The notes under the pieces were generated by a model. It saw nothing but the letters and a program-made list of their open reading frames with translations, made no database searches and was not told where the DNA came from. Both the position numbers and the translations under genes were made by a program. Below are positions 1 to 8,567 of a stretch of DNA of 64,000 nt, one piece after another. The first letter of the stretch is position 1. Each line of letters opens with the position of its first letter. Location: contig CAVPBE010000001.1 of assembly GCA_963701745.1 (NCBI GenBank), forward strand, positions 662,183-726,182, given 5' to 3'. The stretch is from an uncultured Bacteroidales bacterium (lineage in GTDB: Bacteria > Bacteroidota > Bacteroidia > Bacteroidales > VadinHA17).

Positions 1-603
1 ACTGTTTACGATTGCCTTATTGACGGGAGGGAACCTTTAGATGCAATTCATGAAACAGGCGTGGAAAATCTCTCAGTAATGCCTTCCAATATTGATCTGG
101 TAGGAGCGGAAATTGAAATGCTTGACAGGCCTGAAAGGGAAAAGATCATGAAGGGAATCCTTAGTAAAATTGCCGGCAATTTTGATTATGTTATTATTGA
201 CTGTTCACCATCGCTTGGTCTGCTTACTGTAAATGCACTTACGGCTGCCAATTCGGTAATTATTCCTGTTCAATGTGAATACTTTGCCCTTGAAGGTCTT
301 GGAAAACTGCTGAACACAATCAAGATAATCCAGAATAATCTTAATCCCGACCTTGAAATTGAGGGATTCCTTCTAACAATGTATGATTCGAGACTGAGAC
401 TTTCGAACCAGGTTGCAGAGGAGGTGAACAAGCACTTCCAGCAGATGGTGTTCAAGACAATAATTCAAAGGAACGTAAAGCTTTCTGAAGCTCCAAGTTT
501 CGGGCAGCCGGCAATACTTTATGATGCCGATTCAAGGGGAACTGTCAATTACCTTAATCTTGCCAAAGAACTTATCGAAAAGCATGATCCCGACGGAAAA
601 TAA
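1..603 (+). CDS. parA: ParA/Soj chromosome-partitioning ATPase, C-terminal part (5' end outside window)
   Basis: The frame is open from base 1 (TVYDCLIDGREPLDAIHETG precedes the track start at 61). ParA-like motifs are DYVIIDCSPSLG, EGFLLTMYDSR and PSFGQPAILYD. parB follows directly. Confidence 0.9.
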   Translation, partial: TVYDCLIDGREPLDAIHETGVENLSVMPSNIDLVGAEIEMLDRPEREKIMKGILSKIAGNFDYVIIDCSPSLGLLTVNALTAANSVIIPVQCEYFALEGLGKLLNTIKIIQNNLNPDLEIEGFLLTMYDSRLRLSNQVAEEVNKHFQQMVFKTIIQRNVKLSEAPSFGQPAILYDADSRGTVNYLNLAKELIEKHDPDGK

Positions 604-616
604 TCTGTAAACAGAA

Positions 617-1504
617 ATGATCATGACAAAGAAAAATGCATTAGGAAGGGGGCTAGGAGCTTTGATCGATGGCGTTGAGAAAGAGCTTCTTGAGAAAAAA
701 GTCGAACCCAATATGGATATCTCACTTGATTCAATTGATGGAAATCCATTTCAGCCAAGAACCCATTTTGATGAACAGGCTCTTGAAGAATTGGCTGGGT
801 CCATAAGGAAGGTTGGTATTGTTCAGCCCCTTACAGTAAGGGAGACCGGTAACGGAAGATACCAGCTTATCGCAGGTGAAAGACGCTTCAGAGCTGCCCG
901 CATGGCAGGACTTACTCATGTGCCGGCTTACATAAGAACTGCCGATGATCAGGCAATGCTGGAACTGGCGCTTGTTGAGAATATCCAACGCGAGGATCTG
1001 GATGCAATTGAAGTGGCGATCAGCTTCCAGAGGCTTATCGAAGAGGTCAGCCTTACCCAGGAACAGCTGAGCGAAAGGGTCGGAAAACAACGTTCGACAA
1101 TTGCCAATTATCTCCGTCTTCTCAGGTTACCAGCCGAAATTCAGCTTGGCATAAGAAATAAACATATCATGATGGGTCATGCCCGTACACTTGTCAATAT
1201 CGAAAATCCGAAGACACAAATGGATGTTTATTACCGCATTGTCGATGGTGACCTCTCAGTCAGACAGGTGGAGGAACTTGTAAGAATTCTCCAGACTGAA
1301 AAGATAAAGGATCCGGCAAAGCGTGAAAGAAAAAAGAAGTTGAATGATGACTTTATTCAGCTTTCAGAACATTTGAACCGCATATTTTCAACCAGGGTCA
1401 ACTTCAGGATAAATGAACAGGGAAAAGGGAAAATAGTCATCCCGTTTGAGAATCCCGAAGAGATGGAACGCATTTTGGGACTCTTTGACCGCCTTAACTA
1501 CTGA
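617..1504 (+). CDS. parB: ParB/Spo0J partition protein
   Basis: 295 aa with ParB-box motifs GNPFQPR, LIAGERRFRAA and VENIQREDL. It lies 13 nt after parA. An alternative ATG is at 623. Confidence 0.9.
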   Translation: MIMTKKNALGRGLGALIDGVEKELLEKKVEPNMDISLDSIDGNPFQPRTHFDEQALEELAGSIRKVGIVQPLTVRETGNGRYQLIAGERRFRAARMAGLTHVPAYIRTADDQAMLELALVENIQREDLDAIEVAISFQRLIEEVSLTQEQLSERVGKQRSTIANYLRLLRLPAEIQLGIRNKHIMMGHARTLVNIENPKTQMDVYYRIVDGDLSVRQVEELVRILQTEKIKDPAKRERKKKLNDDFIQLSEHLNRIFSTRVNFRINEQGKGKIVIPFENPEEMERILGLFDRLNY

Positions 1505-1516
1505 AAATAATTATAT

Positions 1517-2209
1517 TTGTTGCGCCGGTCCTGCTTCAATTGGGATAAAATCCGGATTATATTGAGTTTGAGAACAGTTAAGGTAATAAAAATTATTCTT
1601 ATTACGTTAGTTTTTTGTCTGTCGGTTAAGTTGACCGCACAGGACACGATTTCTGTTACCGGCCCGGTAAGACGTGCTTTCAAACCTGAACCATTAAAAG
1701 CAACAATGCTGGCGGTGGCCTTTCCGGGTCTGGGACAGATTTATAACAGGAAATACTTGAAGTTGCCCTTTGTTTACGCAGGTTTTGGAGCCCTGGCGTA
1801 TAGCGTGAGATTCAATACTACAAAATATAATGAAATGATGAAAGGTTATCAGGACTTTACAGATGCAATTCCTGAAACAGCGAGTTACCTGACTTTAGAT
1901 GGACTTAAGGACCAGGACCCCAAGACTTACGATCCGGTTCTCTATCCTGATTCATATGTCCCTTCAAATAAATCATGGGTTGAGGACAATCTTATTAAAG
2001 CCATAGATTATTATAAAAAATACCGCGATCTTACTTACATCGGGATTGCAGCCTGGTACCTGATAACTATTCTTGATGCTAATGTTGATGCAAGCCTTGC
2101 GAATTTTGATGTAACTGATAAACTTGATATTGAAGTCACCCCGCTACAGTTACCCGTACCCGGAGTTATGGGGGCAGGATTGAATATAAGCCTTATTTTT
2201 ACGTTTTAA
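1517..2209 (+). CDS. DUF5683-like membrane protein (conserved partner downstream of parB in Bacteroidota)
   Basis: Hydrophobic N-terminus ending KLTAQ and the GLGQIYNRKY motif, in the position after parB. The start is uncertain; TTG at 1562 gives a cleaner signal peptide. Confidence 0.6.
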   Translation: MLRRSCFNWDKIRIILSLRTVKVIKIILITLVFCLSVKLTAQDTISVTGPVRRAFKPEPLKATMLAVAFPGLGQIYNRKYLKLPFVYAGFGALAYSVRFNTTKYNEMMKGYQDFTDAIPETASYLTLDGLKDQDPKTYDPVLYPDSYVPSNKSWVEDNLIKAIDYYKKYRDLTYIGIAAWYLITILDANVDASLANFDVTDKLDIEVTPLQLPVPGVMGAGLNISLIFTF

Positions 2210-2224
2210 ATGAATATTTAAATA

Positions 2225-3763
2225 ATGAAATTAAAAACACTTCTGATAACACTTTTTCTTGCAGTTCTGATTACCGATGCATCTGCTGTTAATGATACAA
2301 TAATCCTGAACTCAGAAATTTACTCCGAAAAGATTTCTGCTGATCTCGACAGCCTTGTAAACAGCTGGTATGTCAGGATGGCAATGAAGAAAATCCCTGA
2401 AGATTTTAATTATGATTCAGTTGGAGTTGAATTCTCCGATTCTGTTTATAAAGCAAGGATCAGCAAAATAAACTCACTTATAAAACTCCCATATAACAGT
2501 ATCATCAGAAACCATATTCATGTATATACAATAAAGCAGAGAAAGCACTTCAGTGCTGTACTTGGGTTGATGAATTACTATTTCCCAATGATTGAGGATA
2601 TTTTCGATTCTTATGGTCTTCCTGCCGAACTTAAATATATGGCCGTAATTGAATCGGCCCTAAATCCAAATGCAGTTTCAAGGGCTGGAGCAACAGGTTT
2701 ATGGCAGTTCATGTTCAGCACCGGCCGTATGTATGGGCTGAATATTAATTCACTGGTTGATGACAGAAGGGATCCTGTTAAAGCCACTCATGCCGCTGCA
2801 AAGTATATAAAGGATCTATATAAAATATATAATGACTGGATCCTTGTTATTGCTGCTTATAACTGTGGCCCCGGAAATGTAAATAAGGCGATTCGGCGGT
2901 CCGGGAATAAGAAAGATTACTGGGATATTTATTACAGACTTCCACGTGAAACAAGGGGCTACATACCACAATATGTTGCAGCTACCTATTCCGTAAACTT
3001 TTTTCCCGAGCACAACATCCGTCCTCTGCCTCTGAATATACCTGTATCGACAGATACAATCATGGTAACCAAAGATATTCATCTAAACCAGATATCTGAA
3101 GTAATGGGCATTCCGCTTGGAGAGCTAAGGGCACTGAATCCTCAGTACCGTACTGGTCTTGTTCCAGGATCGGCCAGACCTCTCTCATTGACTCTGCCAA
3201 TGAGCCATCTCGGCGATTTCATTGATCTGAACGACACAATCCGGAACTATAAACCCGAGCTTTATCTCTCAAGGATCAACCTTACTGCCGATCCTTCACG
3301 TTCAGTCTTTGTCCCTGTAGATTTAAAGGGAAAGACAAAACTAATTTATACAGTCAGGGACGGGGATAACCTTGGTTTTATTTCGGAATGGTACAGGGTG
3401 GGACTCTCCGATCTTAGGTACTGGAACAATATTTATAGGAATACAATAAGGGTCGGCCAGAAGCTTGCAATTTATGTCGATCCGGCAAGATCAGATTATT
3501 ATTCAAAGATAGAGGCAATGACTTTTGCAGAAAAACAGCAGATGATCGGAAAAACAACAACGCCAAGTCCAGTTGCAACTGCCTTTTTATCAATACCCGA
3601 TGGTGAATATATAACATATACTGTCCGTTATGGGGATACTATATGGGATATTGTAAAGTTATTTGATAATGTAAGCACCACTGATGTACTTTCGTTGAAC
3701 AGCATCAGCGACCCGGGAAAGATTAAGGTTGGCCAAATACTAAAAATTAAGAAGAAGAGCTGA
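2225..3763 (+). CDS. Lytic transglycosylase (SLT domain) with C-terminal LysM repeats, MltD-like
   Basis: Signal peptide, SLT catalytic region ESALNPNAVSRAGATGLWQFM, and two or more LysM-like units (YTVRDGDNLGFISEWY..., YTVRYGDTIWDIVKLF...VGQILKI). Confidence 0.85.
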   Translation: MKLKTLLITLFLAVLITDASAVNDTIILNSEIYSEKISADLDSLVNSWYVRMAMKKIPEDFNYDSVGVEFSDSVYKARISKINSLIKLPYNSIIRNHIHVYTIKQRKHFSAVLGLMNYYFPMIEDIFDSYGLPAELKYMAVIESALNPNAVSRAGATGLWQFMFSTGRMYGLNINSLVDDRRDPVKATHAAAKYIKDLYKIYNDWILVIAAYNCGPGNVNKAIRRSGNKKDYWDIYYRLPRETRGYIPQYVAATYSVNFFPEHNIRPLPLNIPVSTDTIMVTKDIHLNQISEVMGIPLGELRALNPQYRTGLVPGSARPLSLTLPMSHLGDFIDLNDTIRNYKPELYLSRINLTADPSRSVFVPVDLKGKTKLIYTVRDGDNLGFISEWYRVGLSDLRYWNNIYRNTIRVGQKLAIYVDPARSDYYSKIEAMTFAEKQQMIGKTTTPSPVATAFLSIPDGEYITYTVRYGDTIWDIVKLFDNVSTTDVLSLNSISDPGKIKVGQILKIKKKS

Positions 3764-3776
3764 GCTCTTTCCCGAA

Positions 3777-6767
3777 ATGCGCCCTTTCAGGTCATTTTTA
3801 CTATTACTGATCGTCCTGATCTGTTTTGCAGGGCTCTCCTATATTTTGCCCTGGGACCTGAATCTGCCTTCAGCAGAAAGCCTGATACCTGAAAAGCTCA
3901 TCCGGAATTTAACTGCTCATGATTCAACAATAAGTCCGGCTGAGGAATTAAATGCTGCTGATACTTCGTTGCTATTAGTTCGGACGACACCGGCTGTAAT
4001 ATCTGACACTACATCTGCTGCAATTTTAACTTCACCGCCTGACCCGATGGGCGTCTTCCTTGATTCACTCCAATTCTCTGAAGGACAGGTGAGGATCCTT
4101 TATTATGGCGACTCCCAGATTGAATATGACCGGGTTACTTCTTATCTGAGAAGATCCTTGCGTAAGGACCATGGCGGGACCGGACCCGGATTATTCCTGC
4201 CAGTGATGCCGGTAACATATACCAAATCATTCTATGTCAGGGCTTCATCAAACTGGAGAAGATTCAATTATCTTTCTTTTAAGAACGGGGAGATAAAACA
4301 CAATGATCTTGGCCCTTTTATGGCTTTCTGCCGTTATTTACCCGATGGACAGATATCTTCAGACAAAGTAAAATCATGGATTCGGATAACACCCTCTACA
4401 TTCTCCGATACATTTGAATCGAAATATGAAAACCTAAGAATTCTTTACAGGAATACTCTTGATAACGTAAAAATTGACGTCAGATCAGGAAGCAATGAGG
4501 TAATATCCGACACCCTGAAGATCAGCAACAAAATCACCGAATTTATCTGCCCGCTCTCCGGATCAAAAAACATCCTGATCGATTTTTCGGGGAAAACCAG
4601 CCCTGACATTTACGCAATAAGCATCGAAAGTAAAAACGGAGTTGTAGTTGATAATATTCCGCAGAGAGGAAGCGCAGGACTTGAATTCACAATGGTCGAT
4701 AAGGATAACCTCAGGGATTCTTATGCTCTTCTGAAACCTAACCTTATTATACTCCATTACGGACTTAATCTGGCTACGAATATCCGGAATGATTATTCAT
4801 ATTATGAGAAAGGACTCTCACGTCAGCTGAAATTGCTGAAAGAGATATGTCCGGGCACAGGATTGATGGTTGTTGGTCTCACGGATATGGCTCACCAGGA
4901 AGGTGATGTAATTAAATCATACCCAAACATACCTAAGATAATTAATGCACAACGAAATGCATCTCTTAATTCAGGGGCTGTTTTCTGGGATGCATACACC
5001 ACGATGGGTGGCAGATCGACAATAATAAAGTGGTTTGGGATGAATCCTCCTCTCGCTAAGAAAGATTATGTACATCTTACCGATCAGGGAGCTGATACTC
5101 TTGCCCGCATGATGATCTCAGACCTTTTTACAATAAAAGATCCTGAACCTTTTATAAAAACTCCTCCTGATGTTCTTATTAATACAATTGCGCTGACAAA
5201 AGCTGAAAATGTTTCTGTCCCGGTAGAAACTCGGGAAAAACCAGGGTATCTAAGATCTTTGGTTTCGGCTATTTTCAGTTATGATCCTGATAAGCCTTTC
5301 ATCTTTTCAACACCTGCATTCTGGATATTCTTCCTGGTGGTACTTGCCGGATTCAGCCTGGTATATAAGAAGCTGTTTCTGAGGAACTTTTATCTTTTAC
5401 TAATAAGTCTCTTCTTTTACTTCAAAACAGGAGGGCTTTTCCTCCTTCTGCTGCTTTTCGTAACCTTTATCGATTTTTTATGCGGACTGTTAATCTACAG
5501 GTCAAAAACAAAATTCTGGAGAAGAAGCCTTATCCTGTTAAGCATAATCTCAAACATCGGGATACTAGCTTATTTTAAATACACAGGTTTCTTTGTTCAA
5601 GTAATAAATGATATCCTTGGAACTGATATTTTAGTAAAAGACTTTCTGGGAGCTTTTTCGAACAGCTTGCTCGGGACAAATTTTAATGTAAACAGTATTA
5701 TTCTTCCTGTAGGTATATCCTTTTTTACTTTCCAGTCGCTGAGCTATACTATCGATATGTACAGACGGAAGCTTGAACCTGTCAGAAATATTCTTGACTT
5801 TGGATTTTACGTCTCTTTTTTCCCGCAACTTGTTGCCGGACCAATTGTAAGGGCTTCAGAATTCATTCCCCAGCTTTACAAGGAATACAGCCTTTCTCAA
5901 CGAGAGTTCAGTCATGCCTTATTCCTGATAATGAAAGGATTGATAAAGAAGCTGATAATTTCTGACTTTATCGCCAGCAATTTCATCGACAGGATATTTG
6001 ATCTGCCGACAGCATATTCGGGATTAGAAAACCTTCTGGCTGTTTATGGGTACGGGCTGCAGATCTATTGTGATTTTTCAGGGTATACTGATATAGCGAT
6101 TGGCCTTGCATTAATACTTGGCTTCAGGCTACCTTTCAATTTCAATTCACCTTATAAAGCCTCAAGCGTTGCCGATTTCTGGAAAAGATGGCACATATCC
6201 CTTTCGAGATGGCTCAAGGATTATCTGTATATCCCACTCGGAGGGAACAGAAGGGGTAAATTCCGCACTATCCTCAATCTGATGATCACAATGCTTATTG
6301 GCGGCCTGTGGCATGGAGCGAATTTAAGGTTTGTATTATGGGGCGGCCTGCACGGATTAGGTCTGGTAATAAATAAATTATGGACTTACATCTTTGGTGA
6401 AAGGACTCATAAACAACGGTTTACAAGGGCAATAAGTGTTTTCCTTACATTCCAGTTTGTAAGCTTTTGCTGGATCTTTTTCCGGGCACAGGACATGAAA
6501 AGTGTCGGACTCATACTTCGACAGATTTTCATGGATTTCATCCCCGGATCATTCAGCACCATGCTTAATGCATACAGTGGTGTCTTTGCACTGATAGCTG
6601 CAGCTTATATTATTCATTTCCTTCCGGAGAAGTTCAAGGAATCATACCGCGGTCTGTTTATAAAAATACCCTTTGCAGTACAGATTGTCATTGTTATTCT
6701 GACGGGATTCCTTCTCTACCAGATGAGAACCACCGAAATAATGCCATTTATTTATTTCAGGTTCTGA
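3777..6767 (+). CDS. Fusion protein: N-terminal TM plus SGNH/GDSL-type domain, fused to a C-terminal MBOAT (AlgI/DltB/PatA-like) O-acyltransferase
   Basis: 996 aa. GDS block at 4107-4115 (ILYYGDSQ) and a DxxH block (DYVHLTDQG). The C-terminal half is multi-TM with MBOAT motifs WHISLSRWLKDYLYIPLGG and GGLWHGA. Confidence 0.8.
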   Translation: MRPFRSFLLLLIVLICFAGLSYILPWDLNLPSAESLIPEKLIRNLTAHDSTISPAEELNAADTSLLLVRTTPAVISDTTSAAILTSPPDPMGVFLDSLQFSEGQVRILYYGDSQIEYDRVTSYLRRSLRKDHGGTGPGLFLPVMPVTYTKSFYVRASSNWRRFNYLSFKNGEIKHNDLGPFMAFCRYLPDGQISSDKVKSWIRITPSTFSDTFESKYENLRILYRNTLDNVKIDVRSGSNEVISDTLKISNKITEFICPLSGSKNILIDFSGKTSPDIYAISIESKNGVVVDNIPQRGSAGLEFTMVDKDNLRDSYALLKPNLIILHYGLNLATNIRNDYSYYEKGLSRQLKLLKEICPGTGLMVVGLTDMAHQEGDVIKSYPNIPKIINAQRNASLNSGAVFWDAYTTMGGRSTIIKWFGMNPPLAKKDYVHLTDQGADTLARMMISDLFTIKDPEPFIKTPPDVLINTIALTKAENVSVPVETREKPGYLRSLVSAIFSYDPDKPFIFSTPAFWIFFLVVLAGFSLVYKKLFLRNFYLLLISLFFYFKTGGLFLLLLLFVTFIDFLCGLLIYRSKTKFWRRSLILLSIISNIGILAYFKYTGFFVQVINDILGTDILVKDFLGAFSNSLLGTNFNVNSIILPVGISFFTFQSLSYTIDMYRRKLEPVRNILDFGFYVSFFPQLVAGPIVRASEFIPQLYKEYSLSQREFSHALFLIMKGLIKKLIISDFIASNFIDRIFDLPTAYSGLENLLAVYGYGLQIYCDFSGYTDIAIGLALILGFRLPFNFNSPYKASSVADFWKRWHISLSRWLKDYLYIPLGGNRRGKFRTILNLMITMLIGGLWHGANLRFVLWGGLHGLGLVINKLWTYIFGERTHKQRFTRAISVFLTFQFVSFCWIFFRAQDMKSVGLILRQIFMDFIPGSFSTMLNAYSGVFALIAAAYIIHFLPEKFKESYRGLFIKIPFAVQIVIVILTGFLLYQMRTTEIMPFIYFRF

Positions 6768-6770
6768 TCG

Positions 6771-7040
6771 CCTCACCCCCTAAAGGCTGTATCAAAAGGC
6801 CACCACCTCCCCCTGGCACTTCGGCCAGGGCACTCCTCCTCAGTGAGGAGGAGAAAGTTAATACATTGTTAATCTTCACTTTCCCCTCCTTTGCAAAGGA
6901 GGGGTGTCATGCCCAAAGGGTCATGACGGGGTGGTTAAAACACTTTTGATACAGCCTCAATTCATATTATTTTAAGTCCCTCCCTCCCGGGTGAAGGATT
7001 GGCTTCGCCGGGCTCGCTTTGCTCGGTTTAGGGAGAGGTG
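6771..7040. repeat. Composite G/C-rich palindromic element: 14-bp inverted repeat enclosing four hairpins
   Basis: ggctgtatcaaaag (6785-6798) is the exact reverse complement of cttttgatacagcc (6943-6956). Inside are ccctgg..ccaggg (6811-6830), ctcctcctc-agt-gaggaggag (6834-6854), cccctccttt-gc-aaaggagggg (6883-6904) and gtcatg..catgac (6906-6927). Confidence 0.75.
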
Positions 7041-7047
7041 ATTTTCA

Positions 7048-8277
7048 CTAGAGATAAGCATCCATATTATCAGATTCAGGTACGAACGGCCTTATCGCCC
7101 TTGCATAAATTCCCTGTACATATGCTATTGCCATTCCGTAGTTTGTTACCGGGACACCGGCCTTTATCGCAGGCAGTAGCCTGTTGTGAAGTTGTTTGCG
7201 GGTTATCATGCATCCCCCGCATTGAATTAAAAGGGAGTAGTCAGTGATAGGGCGGGGGAGTGTATCAAGGCCGGCAACCACATCGTATTCAATTTTTTTG
7301 CCTGTGAAATTATTGATCCATCTCGGGATTTTTGTCCTTCCGATATCATCGCATGCAACATGATGTGTGCATGATTCGAGAAGAAGCACCCTGTCGCCGT
7401 CTTTCAGGTCCGAAATCTTTGGAGTGCCCTTCAGATAGTTGTCGAAATCGCCCTTAAACCTTGCAAGCATTATGCTGAAGCTTGTCAGCGGAATGTTAGC
7501 CGGTATTGAAGCATCGGCCTTGATAAAAACCTGTGAATCAGTAATAGCCAGAGCCGGTTTAATTGCTGTCCTTTTAAGAAAAGCATCAACTTCGCGCTCC
7601 TTCAATACGATTGCAACAGCGTCATTGTCAAGGATATCCCTTATAGCCTGCACCTGCGGAAGAATCAGCCGTCCGGCCGGAGCTTCAACATCGATCGGTG
7701 TTATTAGAATAACAATATCTCCATGTTTGATAAGGTCGCCAAGCAGAGTCGGAGTTTTATACGAATGTTCAGGGATAGTATCCTTTATCAGCTTTATCAG
7801 ATCCTCATAGTTTCTTTTATCGGCTGCTGAAAATTCAAAAAGAACCGACCCTGTATTGAATTTAATCCTCTCTCTGAATTCAGCTGATGGTTCAACAAGA
7901 TCCGATTTGTTATGGATAATAATGAAAGGAAGATCCTGATCATGAAATTTTTTGATAAGGTCATCTTCATATTCTCCCCACGAATTTTCAGTAACTACAA
8001 GCATCGCAAGGTCGATGATATCCAAAGTTCTCAAAGTACGTTCAACCCTCTTTTCTCCAAGCTCTCCGGAGTCGTCTATCCCGGCTGTATCGATGAGTAT
8101 TACCGGCCCAAAGCCTGTTATTTCAAATGATTTTTTAACCGGGTCAGTAGTGGTGCCGGCCTGTTCCGATACAATAGCAATATCCTGTCCTGCGAGGCAG
8201 TTAATGAGGCTGCTTTTGCCGTTGTTTCTGCGGCCGTAGATGCCGATATGTGGTTTGGTGTCCCTGCCTTTTGACAT
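7048..8277 (-). CDS. hydF: [FeFe]-hydrogenase maturation GTPase HydF
   Basis: 409 aa. N-terminal GTPase region GRRNNGKSSLINCLAGQDIAIVSEQAGTTTDP...DTAGIDD. C-terminal cluster-binding region CTHHVACDDIGRTKIPRWI ... CGGCM is typical of HydF. Confidence 0.8.
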   Translation of the reverse strand: MSKGRDTKPHIGIYGRRNNGKSSLINCLAGQDIAIVSEQAGTTTDPVKKSFEITGFGPVILIDTAGIDDSGELGEKRVERTLRTLDIIDLAMLVVTENSWGEYEDDLIKKFHDQDLPFIIIHNKSDLVEPSAEFRERIKFNTGSVLFEFSAADKRNYEDLIKLIKDTIPEHSYKTPTLLGDLIKHGDIVILITPIDVEAPAGRLILPQVQAIRDILDNDAVAIVLKEREVDAFLKRTAIKPALAITDSQVFIKADASIPANIPLTSFSIMLARFKGDFDNYLKGTPKISDLKDGDRVLLLESCTHHVACDDIGRTKIPRWINNFTGKKIEYDVVAGLDTLPRPITDYSLLIQCGGCMITRKQLHNRLLPAIKAGVPVTNYGMAIAYVQGIYARAIRPFVPESDNMDAYL

Positions 8278-8567
8278 TTTTTGAAAGTATCCTGCAAATT
8301 TAGTAATAATTAGTCATGCTATTTCTGTTTGCAGATTTGAGATTTTGCCTCACCTGGCTTGTCTTCAACCTGGTTCGGATCTATATCTGCGCCATTTGGC
8401 GCGATCTGCGGGAGATTTTTTTATTTTCCCGCAGATACCGCAGATTATCGCTGCTTAATTAATCATCAAGGCATGACAGTAAGATTTATTTGCGGGATTG
8501 ATAAAAGTTTAGGAACTTCGGTAAAAGACTATCTTATTTAACTAACTGTTGATTAAGAATATTTTAA

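Noticed and set aside
6814-6830. A sigma-54 promoter-like TGGCAC at 6814-6819.
   Set aside because: The spacing and -12 element (TTGC) are not present. The sequence is simply one arm of the ccctgg...ccaggg hairpin.
6996-7026. A second shared motif: ggattggcttcgccgggctcgctttgctcgg (6996-7026) versus the reverse complement of 37573-37600 (ggattgcttctctcgctttgcttggtcg).
   Set aside because: The similarity is real but there are only two imperfect copies with an indel, both adjacent to G/C-hairpin elements. That is too little to define a separate family, so it is noted only as probably part of the same repeat system.
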